From: Mobula hypostoma
Lineage: Eukaryota
Direction of reading: 5' to 3'
Length of the DNA: 64,000 bases
NCBI RefSeq assembly: GCF_963921235.1
Contig: NC_086097.1
Span: 208,880,001-208,944,000, forward strand
Under the pieces are notes generated by a model. The model did no database searches. It had not been told where the DNA came from and worked only from the letters and a program-made list of their open reading frames with translations. The position numbers and the translations under genes were made by a program. This document shows positions 48,986 to 62,632 of the stretch, one piece after another. How positions within the stretch are numbered: position 1 is the first letter of the stretch; each line of letters starts with the position of its first letter.

Positions 48986-51206
48986 GGTTCCTCCATGTAT
49001 TACCACAAACTTGTCTCTGTGGTTTTTATTTACACTAATGCTTGTTTATGCAATCTTTTTGTCTCTCTCTCTTCATGTATAAAATATATCCTTTGTGTTG
49101 TCTGTATCTAAGTGCTTGTGATGCTACTACAAGCAATATTTTCTTTCTTTGTTCCTATATCTCATTTTACTTGAGCACACGAAAATCACTCGACCACTTG
49201 AATATTGGGAAGATCTGGTAGAACAAAGGAATGAAGGTCTACAAAGTTTTTTACTAAGGCTCCATGCTATACTAATCAGACCACAATTAAACACACTGCA
49301 AAAAAGCATACCTGCGCACATTAGAGTAATTGTGTACAAAATATCTAATATGATCTCAAGTGTAACAAGTTTTTGATCTGGTGGAAATTAACAGTGACTA
49401 TGCCTTAAAGTCAGTGATGAAGATGATTAAATGTTCACCTTATAATAATACTTAAAAAATAAATATTACTTTAGAATATCACTTTCCACAAGTAGGTGAT
49501 AGAAATAAATTTAGAACACCATTGAAAATTATTATTAGAATATATTAAGAGTACACAGATTGACAGAATGAATAGCCCAACAGAATTCAAAATGAAATTG
49601 TATGATAAATAGGCAGGTTTGGGTGAAATACTAGATGAGGCTTGAGTGACTCAAATGACCTTTTCTCAAATTTGAGCTCTGCTTTAATTCTTAACTTTCT
49701 GCCATGTGTATCCAGGTGATGTTCATGACCAGAGAAACAATAGAATATTCAGAATATAGAAATGCTCAGCATCAGCTTACTATTTTAGCAAACGTGATGA
49801 AATAATTGGATTAAATCATTCAATGAAATGGAGGTCAGAGGAAAGGTGCATGGTGTAATTTCTGTTCACTGCTATTTGCTGCCAACACTTCTGTTTGTTT
49901 GAATTTGCTGCACCACTGCCAAGCTGTTTGCCCTTGTTCTCCAAACAAAGTTCAGGGAACTTTCAGCTGATTGAAATGGAAATGTACTTGTTTTATTAGT
50001 ATTCCACCTGCTTTTGTAGCACTGGTGTCAAATCAGATTGCTATAAAATAGTCTACAACCACTGTTATAGTGGGATTAGCCATGTTAAGGAAATTGCAAT
50101 TAATTAAACCATTCTAGAAACTCAAAGTTTGACTTAATAAAAGCCAGTCCATTCAGTTTAAGATTAATCTGGGCAAATCACCGACATCCCAAAAGTTTAT
50201 TGCAACAGAATAATAATCTTAAACCAGAATTTAAAAAAAAATTCTGTAAGCAGATATCAGGGACTCTTGTTTTTTTTCAGTGAGCTTCCCTCTTAAAGTG
50301 CTAAAAGTTCTATTATTCAGACAGTAACATACAAGACAGTTTTCTGTGACTCTCTCAACATTATGCACATTAGAGGTTTTTAAATATTGCTATTCCTATT
50401 GTGTCCAACGACATGGATTCAAAATGAGTGCAAAGCAAGATGGAAAACTGAGGGCTAAGGAGAAGTTTAATTTACATTTAACCTGAATTATTCTGATGCA
50501 TAGTTACAGGTGCTGGGTGAGTTGGGGATTGGAGTGAAGGCCAGAAATGATTATTATGTAAACCACAGATTTTACATCTATGTCAGTAGGAATGACTGCC
50601 CCAGATATTTTGACAGAACACATAATCGATAATGATATTTCACTTAATCACATAATTCTTAGGACACGGAAGAAAGCCTTTTTTGAGATTATGCCAACTT
50701 CTAGTTAAGTTGTCCGGTGGGTATTTAATGCAAATCTCCATTTGTATTCCACCAGCGTTTTCATCATAACTCCAGTCCCCCAACCGCTACACGTCTCTTC
50801 TCTGACTATTCTGCAAATTTCTCATCCAATACGTGACACCATCAAGCAGCAACTGCAACTCAAACTCACGTTCTCCTCGAGGCTACTCTCCATTCCAGCC
50901 CACCCCACTTAATCACCTATGGCATACAGTCTAACCAAATTCCTCTGCTTACTCTACTATTATGGAGTAAACAGAGGAAAGGATTTTTTTGGGCATTAAC
51001 CATCCAAATCCTGTTCAGTTGTACATATCTCCTTAGTTTTCATGGATTGGCAGATCCTCACAATTTCTGCTGTCCAAACACCTCTACATCTCTCCTGCAC
51101 GGTGCAATTTCCAAGATTTACTTGGAAGGAAGCTACCAAGGTGCAGAAGTACAAAGTCATGAAGAAATATAATCTTATGTGAAAAAACGAGTTTTATATT
51201 TGAGGT

Positions 51207-51436
51207 AAACAACAGGAATTCTGCAGATGCTGGAAATTCAAGCAACACACATCAAAGTTGCTGGTGAACGCAGCAGGCCAAGCAGCATCTGTAGGAAGAG
51301 GTGCAGTCGACGTTTCAGGCCGTGACCCTTCGTCAGGATCGAAGATCGAAGGGTCTCGGCCTGAAACGTCGACTGCACCTCTTCCTACAGATGCTGCTTG
51401 GCCTGCTGCGTTCACCAGCAACTTTGATGTGTGTTG
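51207..51436. mobile_element. Penelope-like tail fold-back element (90-bp arms 51243-51332 / 51347-51436) with 14-bp TSD
   Basis: TSD tttatatttgaggt at 51193-51206 and 51437-51450. Hammerhead core on the minus strand at 51304-51340. Confidence 0.92.
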
Positions 51437-52339
51437 TTTATATTTGAGGTGTTGGTCACCAAAGTGAGGTGAACAAGCCATACCTTACGGAACAGAAGGT
51501 AAAGTATATGAATCTGATAAGGAAAGAAATGGACTGCCAGGACTGGAGAGTACAAGAAAGCTTCTTCAGCATATACGGCTGATAGTGGAAGAAACAAATG
51601 TTAATAAAAAGTGGCAATAAATAGATTTGGAATGGAAATTACAGTTAAAAATTCAACTCTGGATCAAACATAAACCTTGTACCCGGCAGTATGGTTCAAT
51701 CTGAAACATTACAAAAAAGTGGCTGTTTGGAAGGGCAGAGGGGATAGTATTCTTTTACTGAGGAATAGCTGATATTAACAATGAGAGGATTGAAAGTGAA
51801 TGTCTATATGACAAGAACTAATTGGGGTTTAAGGCAGAAGTGTAACCATGAGCTGCATGTATATGCTAAAGAGCTGCGAATTCCATTTTCCACAGTCCGA
51901 GTCGTTAGCATAAATCGTTGGGACAATGCCTTGCTTTTCTAAGAAAATCTGAGAATGACCATTTTCTACAAAGAAGTTTTAAAATGCAGTATGTTATCAT
52001 GCGCTCAGAGGAGTTTTGTTCTGACTATGTTTTAACCTCAACTTCTGAAGCCTGTTCCAATGGGACTCCACATCAGTTTTTAGAATATGGTTTCCAGTAA
52101 GGCGGGGGGGGGGGCGGGAAGGGGAAGTAGTGGAATATTGCTACATGATTCGTTATTTTGCTTTAACTGCTAAGAAATGCTGTTTATGTGCTTTTAACTA
52201 CATCTGTCAGGTTGTACGTATTTTAAAGAAATTGCAAATGTTTCCACAGAAGCAAATATTTATTGAAGAATTTATCAGTGACTCATGAATGGAAATCTAA
52301 TAATCTGGAAGTGATGACCAAAATCTGAGCAGACTGTTG

Positions 52340-53351
52340 ATAATATCTCCTCCTCTCTGACAATCAACACTAGCACACCTCAAAGTTGTGTGCTTAGCCC
52401 ACTGCTCTACCCCCATGACTGTGTCGGTAGGTATAGCTTAAATACTATCTATAAATTTGCTGATGATATAACTTTTGTTGGTAGAATCTCAGATGGAGAT
52501 GTGAGGGGATAGAGGAGTGATATGTACCAGCTAGTTTAGTGGTGTCGTAGTAACACCTTGCACTCAATGTCAGTAAGACCAAAGAGCTGATTGTGGACTT
52601 CAGGAAGGGTAAGACAAGGGAACACTAATTAATCCTCACAGAGGGATCAGAAGTGGAGAGAGTGAGCAATTTCAAGTTCCTGGTTGTCAAGATCTCTGAG
52701 GATCTAACCAGGTCCCAACATATCAATACAACTATAAAGAAGTGCAATTATATTTCATTAGGAGATTGAAGGGATTTGGTTTGTCAACTATAGCACTCAA
52801 GAACCTCTATAGATGTACTGTGGAGAGCATCCTGACAGGCTGCATCACTGTCTGGCATGGGGGTCGGGGTGGCTACTGCAGAGGACTGAAAGAAGCTGTA
52901 GAAAGTTGTAGAATTAGTCAGTTCCATCTTGGGTACTAGCCTCTGTAGTACCCAAGACATCTTCAAGGAGTAGTACCTCAGAAAGGCGACGTCTATTATT
53001 AAGGACCCCCATTACCCAGGACATGCCCTTCTCTCATTGTTACCATCAGGAAGGAGGTACAGAGGCTGACGGCACTCACTCAGCAATTCACGAACAGCTT
53101 GTTCCTCTCTGCCATTCGATTTTTAAATAGGGATTGAACCCATGAAGACTACCTCATTTTTTAAAATATATATTATTTCTATTTTTGTACTATTTTTAAG
53201 CTATTCGATATACATATATATTTATTGTAATGGATTTACTTAGTTTTTATTTTTTTCTTTCTATATTTTCATGTATCGCATTGGAGTGCTGCAGGTAAGT
53301 TAACAAATTACACGTCACACGCCGGTGATAATAAACCTGATTCTGATTCTA
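52340..53351 (+). mobile_element. Rex1/Babar LINE 3' part
   Basis: GCVLSPLLY, YKFADD, LNVSKTKELIVDFRK and YRCTVESILTGCITVW motifs; tail aataaacctgattctgattct. Confidence 0.9.
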
Positions 53352-53424
53352 TTGTGTGTATTAATATAAGGCATATGATTATCTTTGATATCAAATATAC
53401 AGTCTACTCCTCATCCTTTTTTTC

Positions 53425-53561
53425 TCCAGTCTTGCTGTATTGTTTCAGTCCGAAACACTGATTGTACTTTTTTTTCATAGATGCTGCCTGGCCTGCTGAT
53501 TTCCTACTGCAGTTTGTGTGTGTTGCTGGGATTTCCAGCATCTGCAGATTTTCACTTGTTT
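53425..53561 (+). mobile_element. Degenerate Penelope-like tail
   Basis: ccgaaacactgattgtac...atagatgctgcctggcctgctg...ccagcatctgcagattt. Confidence 0.75.
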
Positions 53562-54284
53562 AGGGACATCATTGTATCTGCTAAGTACCAACTACTTCCA
53601 AAAGGGGAAAAACTCACTCCATCTTTCATTCAAGTTTTTCAAAAGGGTGGAAAAGGAGACAGGATTGAGTATTTGAAATGTAACAACTTTGTGGGGCTAG
53701 GTCACACCTGTTGGAATCTTTACAACTGCGGGGAGGAGATTGTGCAAATGGTTATTCAATGCTAATCTTGTGTTTGTTAGGATAGTGGTCATAAATTAAA
53801 GGCGAGTATGTGCAATGTTATAAAACAATGACAACACTGAAGACTGCTGCAAATATGCAGCCTTCAAAAGCAACTTTAAGAGATGCTGAGTTATCCTCAT
53901 TATCTACACAAGGAACATGTTTTTAATTAACACATACAGTTAAACTTCTACAAACCTCTTTCCAATATGTTGCTGCATTCAATAAGTGTCTTGGAAAGGA
54001 ATTACGGTCCATTGATTAAATACATAGGTGAAGAAACAAAGCTGTAAAATGGAAATTAAACCTAAGATGTGGTTAAAAGTTTGCTTGCTAGCCTTTAGTT
54101 TCTGTTATAGAATTAACTATCACACAACATTTACCCTGACCTTTGCCAGCAATGCCCACATCCCAAAAGACAAATTACAATAATGGTCTTCTATCACTGG
54201 TAGAATAATGAAAGATAATCATTTTTCTTTGAATTTATTCCTTGATTCCTTTATGGGCACCTTCATTAGGATGATCAGTAGTAA

Positions 54285-55335
54285 AGTTATTAAAAGAATT
54301 GTGAAGGACAGGATTAATCTGTACTTGGACAGGCAGGTATTAGTCAAAATTAATCAGTATAGTTTCATATGGGCCCATCCTGTCAGAGAACTTTAACAAA
54401 GTGTATTGATGTAGGCAGTACAGCTGATATGGTCCTTATGGACTTCAGTAAATCCTTTGATCAGGTTCCACTTCAGAAAGGGACTGGTCCAAAAGGCTAG
54501 ATCTCATGAGATCCAAAATTAGCTTGGTAATAGGAGGCAGAAGGTGATGATGAAGCAAAATACAAGCATCTGTGGAGGTAGAGTTACCCAATATTTCAGG
54601 TGGAAATGCTGCATCAGGAAGGTTGTATATTTTGTGAATGAGAGCATTTAACCAATGGTGCAAGCACAAAGATTAGTGCGGGGTTCCTTACTGGATATTA
54701 CTGGATATTGGGTGTAAAGTATGATTAGTAAATTTGCAGATGACATGAAAATTGTTGATAGGATGGCAACTTTAGACCAGAGGACAAATTTGAATTCAGG
54801 AGGGCAAGAAGGGAGAGCATATACTGGTTCTCATGAACAGCTGGCAATGGTGAACAACTTTATGTTCCTGGGTATCAACATCTCGGAGGATCTATTCTGG
54901 GCCCAGCAGCGGGGAGGGAGAGCATTTTGCCAGGTATGGTGACCCCAATGCACGGGATTGCCATAGGCTGTAGAGGGTTGTAGACTCAGTCAGCTCTATC
55001 ATGGGCACACCACTGATGACAGCTTCAAGAGGTGGTGCCTCAAGAAAGCAGCATCTATCAGTAAGGGCCCTCACCAGGACTTGCCTTCTTCTCAAAGTTC
55101 AAAGTAACTCCTAGCTACCATCCAGGAGAATGAAGACCACACTTAGTGATTTAGGAACAGCTACTTACTCTCTGATTTCTGACTGGTCCATGAACCCATG
55201 AACACCACTTCGATATTACTTTCTTTTGCAATATTTATTTATTCTGTAATGTGTGGTAATTTTATGTCTTTACACTGGAAAAAAACTAATTTCCTGACAT
55301 TAGTTAGTTACAATAAACCAGATTCTTATTCTACC
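54285..55335 (+). mobile_element. Heavily decayed CR1 RT (~54285-54760) followed by a Rex1 3' fragment (~54840-55335)
   Basis: MDFSKSFDQVP and ISKFADDMKI; VNNFMFLGINISEDL; aataaaccagattc tail. Confidence 0.65.
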
Positions 55336-55642
55336 ACCTTTACAGTGATGGTATTGTTCAGAAGGGATTCCTGAGATTCAGATCCAGTGATGTAGAAAAA
55401 AATCACAATATATTTTGGTTTGAATAATATGACATTCAAATTAACATTCACAATTATTTATCACATGTACCGCAAAACGTACAGTGAAATGCCTCATTTA
55501 TGCCACATGCAACACACCCCAGGTGTACTGGGAGCAGCCCACAAGTGTCGCCACACTTTCCAGCATCAACATGGCATGCCCACATGCTCAGCAGAATAAC
55601 ACAGAACACTACAAAGCAGAACAGACCAAGGGACAGAGCAGG

Positions 55643-55947
55643 GTCACAGTTTGAGGATAAAGGGGAAGCCTTTTAGGACCGAAATTAGGAAAAACTTCTT
55701 CACATAGAGAGTGGTGAATCTGTGGAATTCTCTGCCACAGGAAACGGTTGAGGCCAGTTCATTGGCTATATTTAAGAGGGAGTTAGATATGGCCCTTGTG
55801 GCTAAAGGGATCAGGGGGTATGGAGGGAAGGCTGGTACAGGGTTCTGAGTTGGATGATCAGCCATGATCATACGGAATGGCGGTGCAGGCTCGAAGGGCC
55901 GAATGGCCTACTCCTGCACCTATTTTCTATGTTTCTATGTTTCTATG
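55643..55947 (+). mobile_element. Young CR1 3' end, same subfamily as 30716-33969, inserted in a minus-strand LINE UTR
   Basis: Near-identical to the reverse complement of 30716-31010; tail ttttctatgtttctatgtttctatg. Confidence 0.93.
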
Positions 55948-56149
55948 AACAGCAAAACAAGCCATCGCACACATACACAGTCCTCTGACCTCAGGCAGGC
56001 TGTCTTCAGCCTCAGACTCAGCCTCCAATGGACTCATCGATTCTCAGCCATTGGGTAATCATACTAAGGCAACAATCATACCAGTGCCCAAGAAGACCTG
56101 GTGAGTTGCCTCAACGTCCATCGCCCAGTTGCGTCACAGTTACTGTGGT

Positions 56150-57355
56150 GAAGTGCTTCAAAGATTGGCCATGGCCCAAGTCAACTTCTGCCTAAGCAGG
56201 GATGTGGAACTGCTGCAATTTACTTATCACAACAATAAGTCTACAGTGAATGCAATCTCACTGGCTCCCCATTCAGCCTTGAATCACCTGGACAGTAGAA
56301 ATACCAACCTCAGGCTGCTGTTCATTAATGACAACTCAGCGTTCAACAAAATCATGCCTTCAGTTCCATTCGACACGCTACAAAACCTGGACCTCTGTAT
56401 CTCTCTCTGCAACTCGATCCTTCACTTCCTCAGCAAGAGACCACAGTCAGTGCAGAACAGAAATAACATCTTCTCTATGCTGACAATCAGTACTGGCACA
56501 CCTCAAAGACATGTGTTTAGCTAACTGCTCTACTCGCACTACATCCAGGACTTTGTGGCTAGGAACAGCTCAAACACCAGCTATAAATTTGCCAAAGACA
56601 CAACTATTGTAGGCAGAATTTCAGCTGGCGCAAGGAGGTGCCGAGGGCGAGGTAGATCAGCTGGTCGAGTGGTGTCACAACAACAACCTTGCACTCAATG
56701 CCTGTAAGATCAGTTCTCATCGAAGGACCAGCAATGGAAAGGGTGAACATCTTCAAGTTCCTGGTTGTGGACCTCTCTAAAGATCTATCTGGGCCCAACA
56801 CATTGATGCAATTACAAAGAAGGCAGGATAGTGGCTATATTTCATCAGGAGTTTGAGGAGACTTGATCTGTCACCAGAGACTCACAAATTTCTACAGATG
56901 TACCATAGAGATCATTTAACTGTTTGCGTCACCGTCTAGTATGGAGCAGCCAATACGCGGGATCAGAAAAATCTACAGAAAGTTGTAAACTCAGCCAGGC
57001 TCATCAAGGCCACTAGCCTCCCGAGCATTGAGAACAAATTTGAAAGGTGATGCTGCTAAAGAGTGGCATCCATCATCAAGAAACCCCATTACCCAGAACA
57101 TGCCCTCTTCTCATTGCTACCATCAAGAAGGAGGTACACAAGCCTGAAGACTCACACTCAGTGTTTTAGGAACAGCTTGCTCCCCATTGCCATCAGATTC
57201 CTGAATGGACAATGAGCCCAGGCATGCTAGCTCACCACTTTTTCTTTTTTTTTGATTTCTTTTGCACTACTTATTTCACTTAATGTTTATATGTAGTATA
57301 TATATAACACTTATTGCAATTTATAGAATTTTAAATTAAATATTGTATTGTTGCT
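56150..57355 (+). mobile_element. Decayed Rex1/Babar LINE RT and 3' end
   Basis: LQFTYHNNKSTVNAISLAPHSALNHLD...RLLFIND.SAFNKI. Confidence 0.85.
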
Positions 57356-57881
57356 GTAGAAGGTCAGAGTTAAGATGGCACCAAATGACTATGTCTTCCA
57401 GCTCATCTGCGGAAGCAGCTTAAATTCCTCTCTTTAATGTCTCTCTTTTCCTTTTCAAGGTGGTTGGGGTTCCATCATGGTATTTGATCTGCAGTGGCAT
57501 TCAAAACTGGTGTTTTCACAACGATGAGTTCCGGTTCTTGAAGCTCACCAATCAACCATTCTCTAGGCGTGGCACAGAAGACACCCAGGGGGTAGCCCTG
57601 CCCGCCCCTATGGATGACCGAATCCAGGCTGATGCCACCAATTGAGGTATCACAGGAGAAGGAACATCAGGATTTTACAGCAGCGGATACTGTAGACAGA
57701 GGTCTCTGTAGTTGAGTGACTACTCTCTCTCTTTGTCTTGATGGTGGGGAGAATTTGTTGCCAATTCTTGAGTCGGAGAATCGCAGAATAAAAAGCAACG
57801 TGGCAGACTGTAACATCATAACAGCAATGGTTAGTGTCCCCTTTCACTATGAAATGGGTGACATTTCTCTGTCCCTTGTCA

Positions 57882-57885
<4 letters not shown>

Positions 57886-57913
<28 letters not shown>
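57886..57913. repeat. (GA)n microsatellite
   Basis: gagagagaga... run. Confidence 0.95.
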
Positions 57914-57916
<3 letters not shown>

Positions 57917-58019
57917 TGTGGCATGTCAAACTGTTGGGTAAACAATAGTTTTTCTTGGCTGCAGATCATGATCTCTCTTTGGGCACTTTGCTTTTGCATA
58001 GTGGGGAGCTGTGAGCTTA

Positions 58020-60312
58020 ACTCAGATGTACCAGTATTACAGTGGAGTAAAGGAAATTACAGAGGTATGAGAGAGAAGTTGACCAGAGTTGATTGGAAAA
58101 GAACACTGGCAGGGATGATGGTGGAGCAGTAATGACTGGAATTTTTGGAAGCAATTTGAAAGGCACAGGATATATACACCCCAAAGAGTGAGAAGTATTC
58201 TAAAGGAAAGATGACACAAAGATGGCTAACAAAAAAGTTAAAGCCAACATAAAAGCCAATGTGAGGGCATATAATAGAGCAAAAATTAGTGTAATGTTGG
58301 AGGATTGGCAAGCTTTTTAAAAATGAACAGAAGGCAGCTAAAAAGTCATTAAGAAGGTAAAGATAGAATACAAAAGAAAGCTGGCTGATAATATTAAAGA
58401 GGATACCAAAAGTTACTTCAAATACATGAAGTGTAAAAGAGAGTTGACAGTGGATATCAGACTGCTGGAAAATGATGCAGGCGAGGTAGTAATGGGGGAG
58501 GGGGCAAGGAAATGGAGGACAGACTGAATAATTTATTTGCATAGGTCTTCACTGTGAAAGGCATTAACAGTATGATGGGAGTTCCTGGTGTCAGTGGCAT
58601 GAAGAGTATGAAGTCACCATAACTAGAGAGAAGGTTTTTATGAAACTATAATGTCTAAAGTTAGATAAGTCACTTGGACAAGATGGTCCAGAATTCTGAA
58701 AGAGGTGGCTGAAGAGATCGTGGAAGCATTAGTATTGACCTTTCAAGAATCACTAGGTTCTGCAATGGTTCCAGAAGACTGTAAAATTGCCAATGTCACT
58801 CCACTCTTCAAGAAGGGTAAGAGGCAAAAGAAAGGAATCTATAGGCCAGTTAGATTGACCTCAGTGGTTGATAAGATCTTGGAGATGATTATTAAGAATG
58901 AGGTCTCAGGATACTTGGAGGCACATAATAAATTAGGCTGTAGTCAGTATGGCTTCCTTGAAGGAAAATCTTTTCTGAAAAATCAACTGAAATAGCAAGC
59001 AAGATAGACAGAGGAGAATTGGTTGATATTGTATACTTGGATTTTCAGAAAGCCTTTGACAGGGTGCCACACATGAGACTGTTTAACAAGCAGTGAGGTC
59101 ATGATATTACAGGAAAGATTCTAGCATGGATAAAGCAGTGGCTGATTGGCAAGAGACAAGGAGTGGGAATAAAGTAAGTATTTTCTGGCTGGCTGCCGGT
59201 GACTAGTGATGTTCCACAGGGGTCTGTGTTGGGACCAATTCTTTTTACATTATATGTCAGTGATTTGGATGATAGAATTGGTGGCTTTGCTGAAAGGTTT
59301 GTAGACAATATGAAGACAGGTGGAGGGCAGGTAGGTTTGAGGAAGTAGAGAGGCCATTGAAGGACAGGTAGGTTAGGTGAATGGGCAAAGAAATGGAAGA
59401 TGGAATGCAGTATTGGGAACTGTATGTCATTCACTTTGGTAGAAGAAATGAAAGGGTTGATTATTTTCTAAATGGAGAGAAAATACAAAAAAACTGAAGT
59501 TCAAAAGGACTTGAGAGTCCTCGTGCAGGATTTCCTAAAGGTTAATTTGTAGGTTGAGTCTGTGGTGAGGAAGGCAAATGCAATGTTAGCATTCATTTCA
59601 AGAGAATTGGAATATAAAAGCAAGGAAGTAATCAGAATCAGAATCAGAATCAGGTTTATTATCACCGGCATGTGACGTGAAATTTGTTAACTTAGCAGCA
59701 GCAGTTCAGTTAATGTTGAAACTTTATAAAGCATTGGTGAGGCTTCACTTGGTGTGTTGTTTGCAGGTTCCAGCCTCTTATCTGAGAAAGGATGTTCTAA
59801 GACTGAACAGGGTTCAAAGGAGATTCATGACAATGATTTCAGGCTTGAATGGTTTGTCATATGAAGAGTGTTTGATGGCTCTGGGCCTATATTCACTCAA
59901 ATTCAGAAAAATGAGGGGTGAGCTCATTGAAACCAATCGAATGGGGAAAGGCCTTGATAGTGTGAATGTGGAGAGGATGTTTCCTATGGTGGGAGAGTCT
60001 AAGACCACAGAACACAACCTCAGAATAGAATGGTGTCCTTTAAGAAAGGAGATTGGGAGGAACTTCTTTAGCCAGAAAGTGGTGAACCTGTGGAATCCTT
60101 TGCCACAGGCAGCTGTGGAGGCCAAGCCTTTACATATATTTAAGGCAGCAGTTGATAGATTCTTGACTGGTAAGGGCATGAAGGGATATGGGGAGAAGGC
60201 AGGAGATTGGGGCTGAGAGGAAAATTGGATCAGCCATGATGAAATGGTGGAGCAGACTCGATGGGGCAAATGGCCTAATTCTGCTCCTGTATCTTAGGGT
60301 TTTATAGTCTTA
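58020..60312 (+). mobile_element. Decayed CR1 ORF2 and 3' UTR with a short (AATCAG)n LINE-tail insertion at ~59630-59708
   Basis: ANVTPLFKKG...IYRPVRLTSVV, VYLDFQKAFD, QGSVLGP and NFFSQKVVNLWNPLP motifs. Confidence 0.92.
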
Positions 60313-60859
60313 TAAGCATCAACAGGTTGTGTAGATCAGTGAATGTGGAAATACTGTTTGTAGGAGTGTCATGTCAATGACTGGTAACTATATCTTTGAG
60401 AAGTATACACAATCTAAGCAAAAGCTTTGAAGACTCAACTTCTATGTATAGGTTATGTGTTCTAACATAATGAGCTTGTGAAAGTATTACAGTAGTCATG
60501 TTTGTGGGTTTGGGAGATGTTGCCAAACCATTATTCTCTGTAATATATTCTGAAGATTGTATGCGCTGATACCTAAAATCAAAGTGTTCCTTAACTAGAA
60601 GCCAATGCACTGTAAGTCAGCAAGCACAAGTGCATTACAAGTCAGGACGTGGGCAATTGTGTTTTGTAAGGCTTCGAGTTTACGAAAAATATGGCTAGCC
60701 AGAAATCTTTCAACAGCAGATGATCTGCTACCTGGACAGAATCTACACGTGTAAAACAGAAAAGTTCAGAAAAAGCTACTGTGGGTCTCCAAGCGATCGA
60801 GAATTCCAAAAACAGTGCTGAACAATGGGTCTGGAGTGAATAAGATACTGAAACAAATG

Positions 60860-62632
60860 AACCAATGGAACTGAAAGTCAATAAATCCCCAGAACCCAAT
60901 GAATAGTGTCTTCAGGATTTGAAGATAATCAACATAATAGATTCCATAGACACCAGAAGAATGCCACAGACTGACAGGCAGAAAATATAAGTTAATCATT
61001 TAAGAAAAGATGGAGAGAAACCAGCAAATTACAAATCAGCTGCTTTGATATTAGAGGCAAGGAAATGCTGGAATCTATTATTAAGGAAGTGATAACAGGG
61101 ATATTAATGTATAGAGAGACCCTGGGGATGAAGCCTATTATCCCTTGAATGTGGCAACACAGATAGATAGAGTGTTGAAGAAAGCATGTAGCATTCTTGC
61201 CTCCATAGGTCAGGATACAGAATATAAAAGTTCTGTTGCAACCTTACAAAACCCTGTTTAACCTGCACTCGGAGATTTGTGCGTATTTCTTGTCACCATA
61301 CTATTGCATTGGCTACACTGGAGAGAGTGCAGGGGACATTTGTCAGGATGTAGCCTGGATTGGAGACATTAGTTATGGAGATAGCAACACACATTCTGTG
61401 TAGTCCCTTTGATTTACAGAGGTAGATTGCTTTCCCTGCAGCAAAGGAACCTGAAGGGTGTCCTAAGAATGATATTTCAAATTACAATAGATATAAACCG
61501 GGCAGATGGAAGCTTTTTCTTCTCATGGTAGGGATTTCTAAAAAATGAAGCACAATTTTAAGAAGAGATGAAAAGGCTTTAAAAGGGATTTAAGGAGTAA
61601 GATTTTACAGAGAACTTTCCATCAGAGTAGCTGTTGGAATCAGATACAATTACTATGTTTAAGAGGCATTTGCACAGCCACGTGAATAGGCAGGGCATAG
61701 AGGAATATGGACCTGATGTAGGCAAATGGGAATTGTGTAAATGGGCAAAGTGGATGTCATGAGCTGAAGGACCCACTTCAGTGCTGCTCAACTCTAGGAC
61801 TATGGTTCTAAGTGTCAACTCATCGGCTTTAGTGAAAAAGTAGGAAAGCAAACAACAGGAATTCTGCAGATGCTGGAAATTCAAGAAATCTCTAGGAAGA
61901 GGTACCTCTTCCTAGAGATGCTGCCTGGCCTGCTGCATTCACCAGCAACTTTGATGTGTGTTGCAAGTAGGAAAGCAAAGTGCTTTTTAAAATAGTGTGA
62001 GCTTGAAACCTATTGTTGTTCAGAGAGACTTGGGTGTCCTTGTGTATTTATCACTGATGTTTGATGTTCTGGCATGGCAAGCAATCTCGTTCTTCAACAA
62101 TACATTCTTCGTGAGTCTACAGCAGGCTTCCCTATCCAAGCAAGTACGAAAATGTTATAGGGGTAGTACAGTTTAGGTTCACGAGAATGATTCCTGGAAA
62201 ATGTCCTATAAAGTGAGATTAAGCAGATTGGTCTTAATCTTCTTTAAGATAAGCATGAAAGTTGATCTCATTGAAGGAGTCAATATAGCTATGGGGCTTG
62301 ATAGGGTGGGTGTAAGGGTGTTCCCTAACTGGATTGTCTAGAACCAGGGGGTCACAGTCTCAAAGTAAGCATCTGGGCATTCAGTATTGAGATGAGAAGA
62401 GATTTCCTCACTCAGGAGATAATAAATCTTTGGAATTGGATACCTGAAGGAGCAGTAGATGCTCAATGACCAAATATATTCAAGCCCAAGATGAAGAGGT
62501 TTTTTTGTCATATTAATAGGAATCAAAGGATATGGAATTTGTTCAAAGAAAGCAACAGCAAGATTAAAAAAGCTACAATATTCTTGAATGGCACAGCAGA
62601 CACAAGGGGCCGAATGGCCCACTTCTACTTCT
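60860..62632 (+). mobile_element. Heavily decayed CR1 fragments (~60860-61810 and ~61980-62632)
   Basis: LKVNKSPEP and LESIIKEVIT motifs; CR1 3' UTR motifs gaaggacc / aggggccgaatggcc. Confidence 0.65.
61853..61964. mobile_element. Collapsed Penelope-like fold-back mini-element with ~15-bp TSD
   Basis: TSD aagtaggaaagcaaa at 61838-61852 and 61965-61979; perfect 32-bp palindrome at 61888-61919. Confidence 0.88.
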
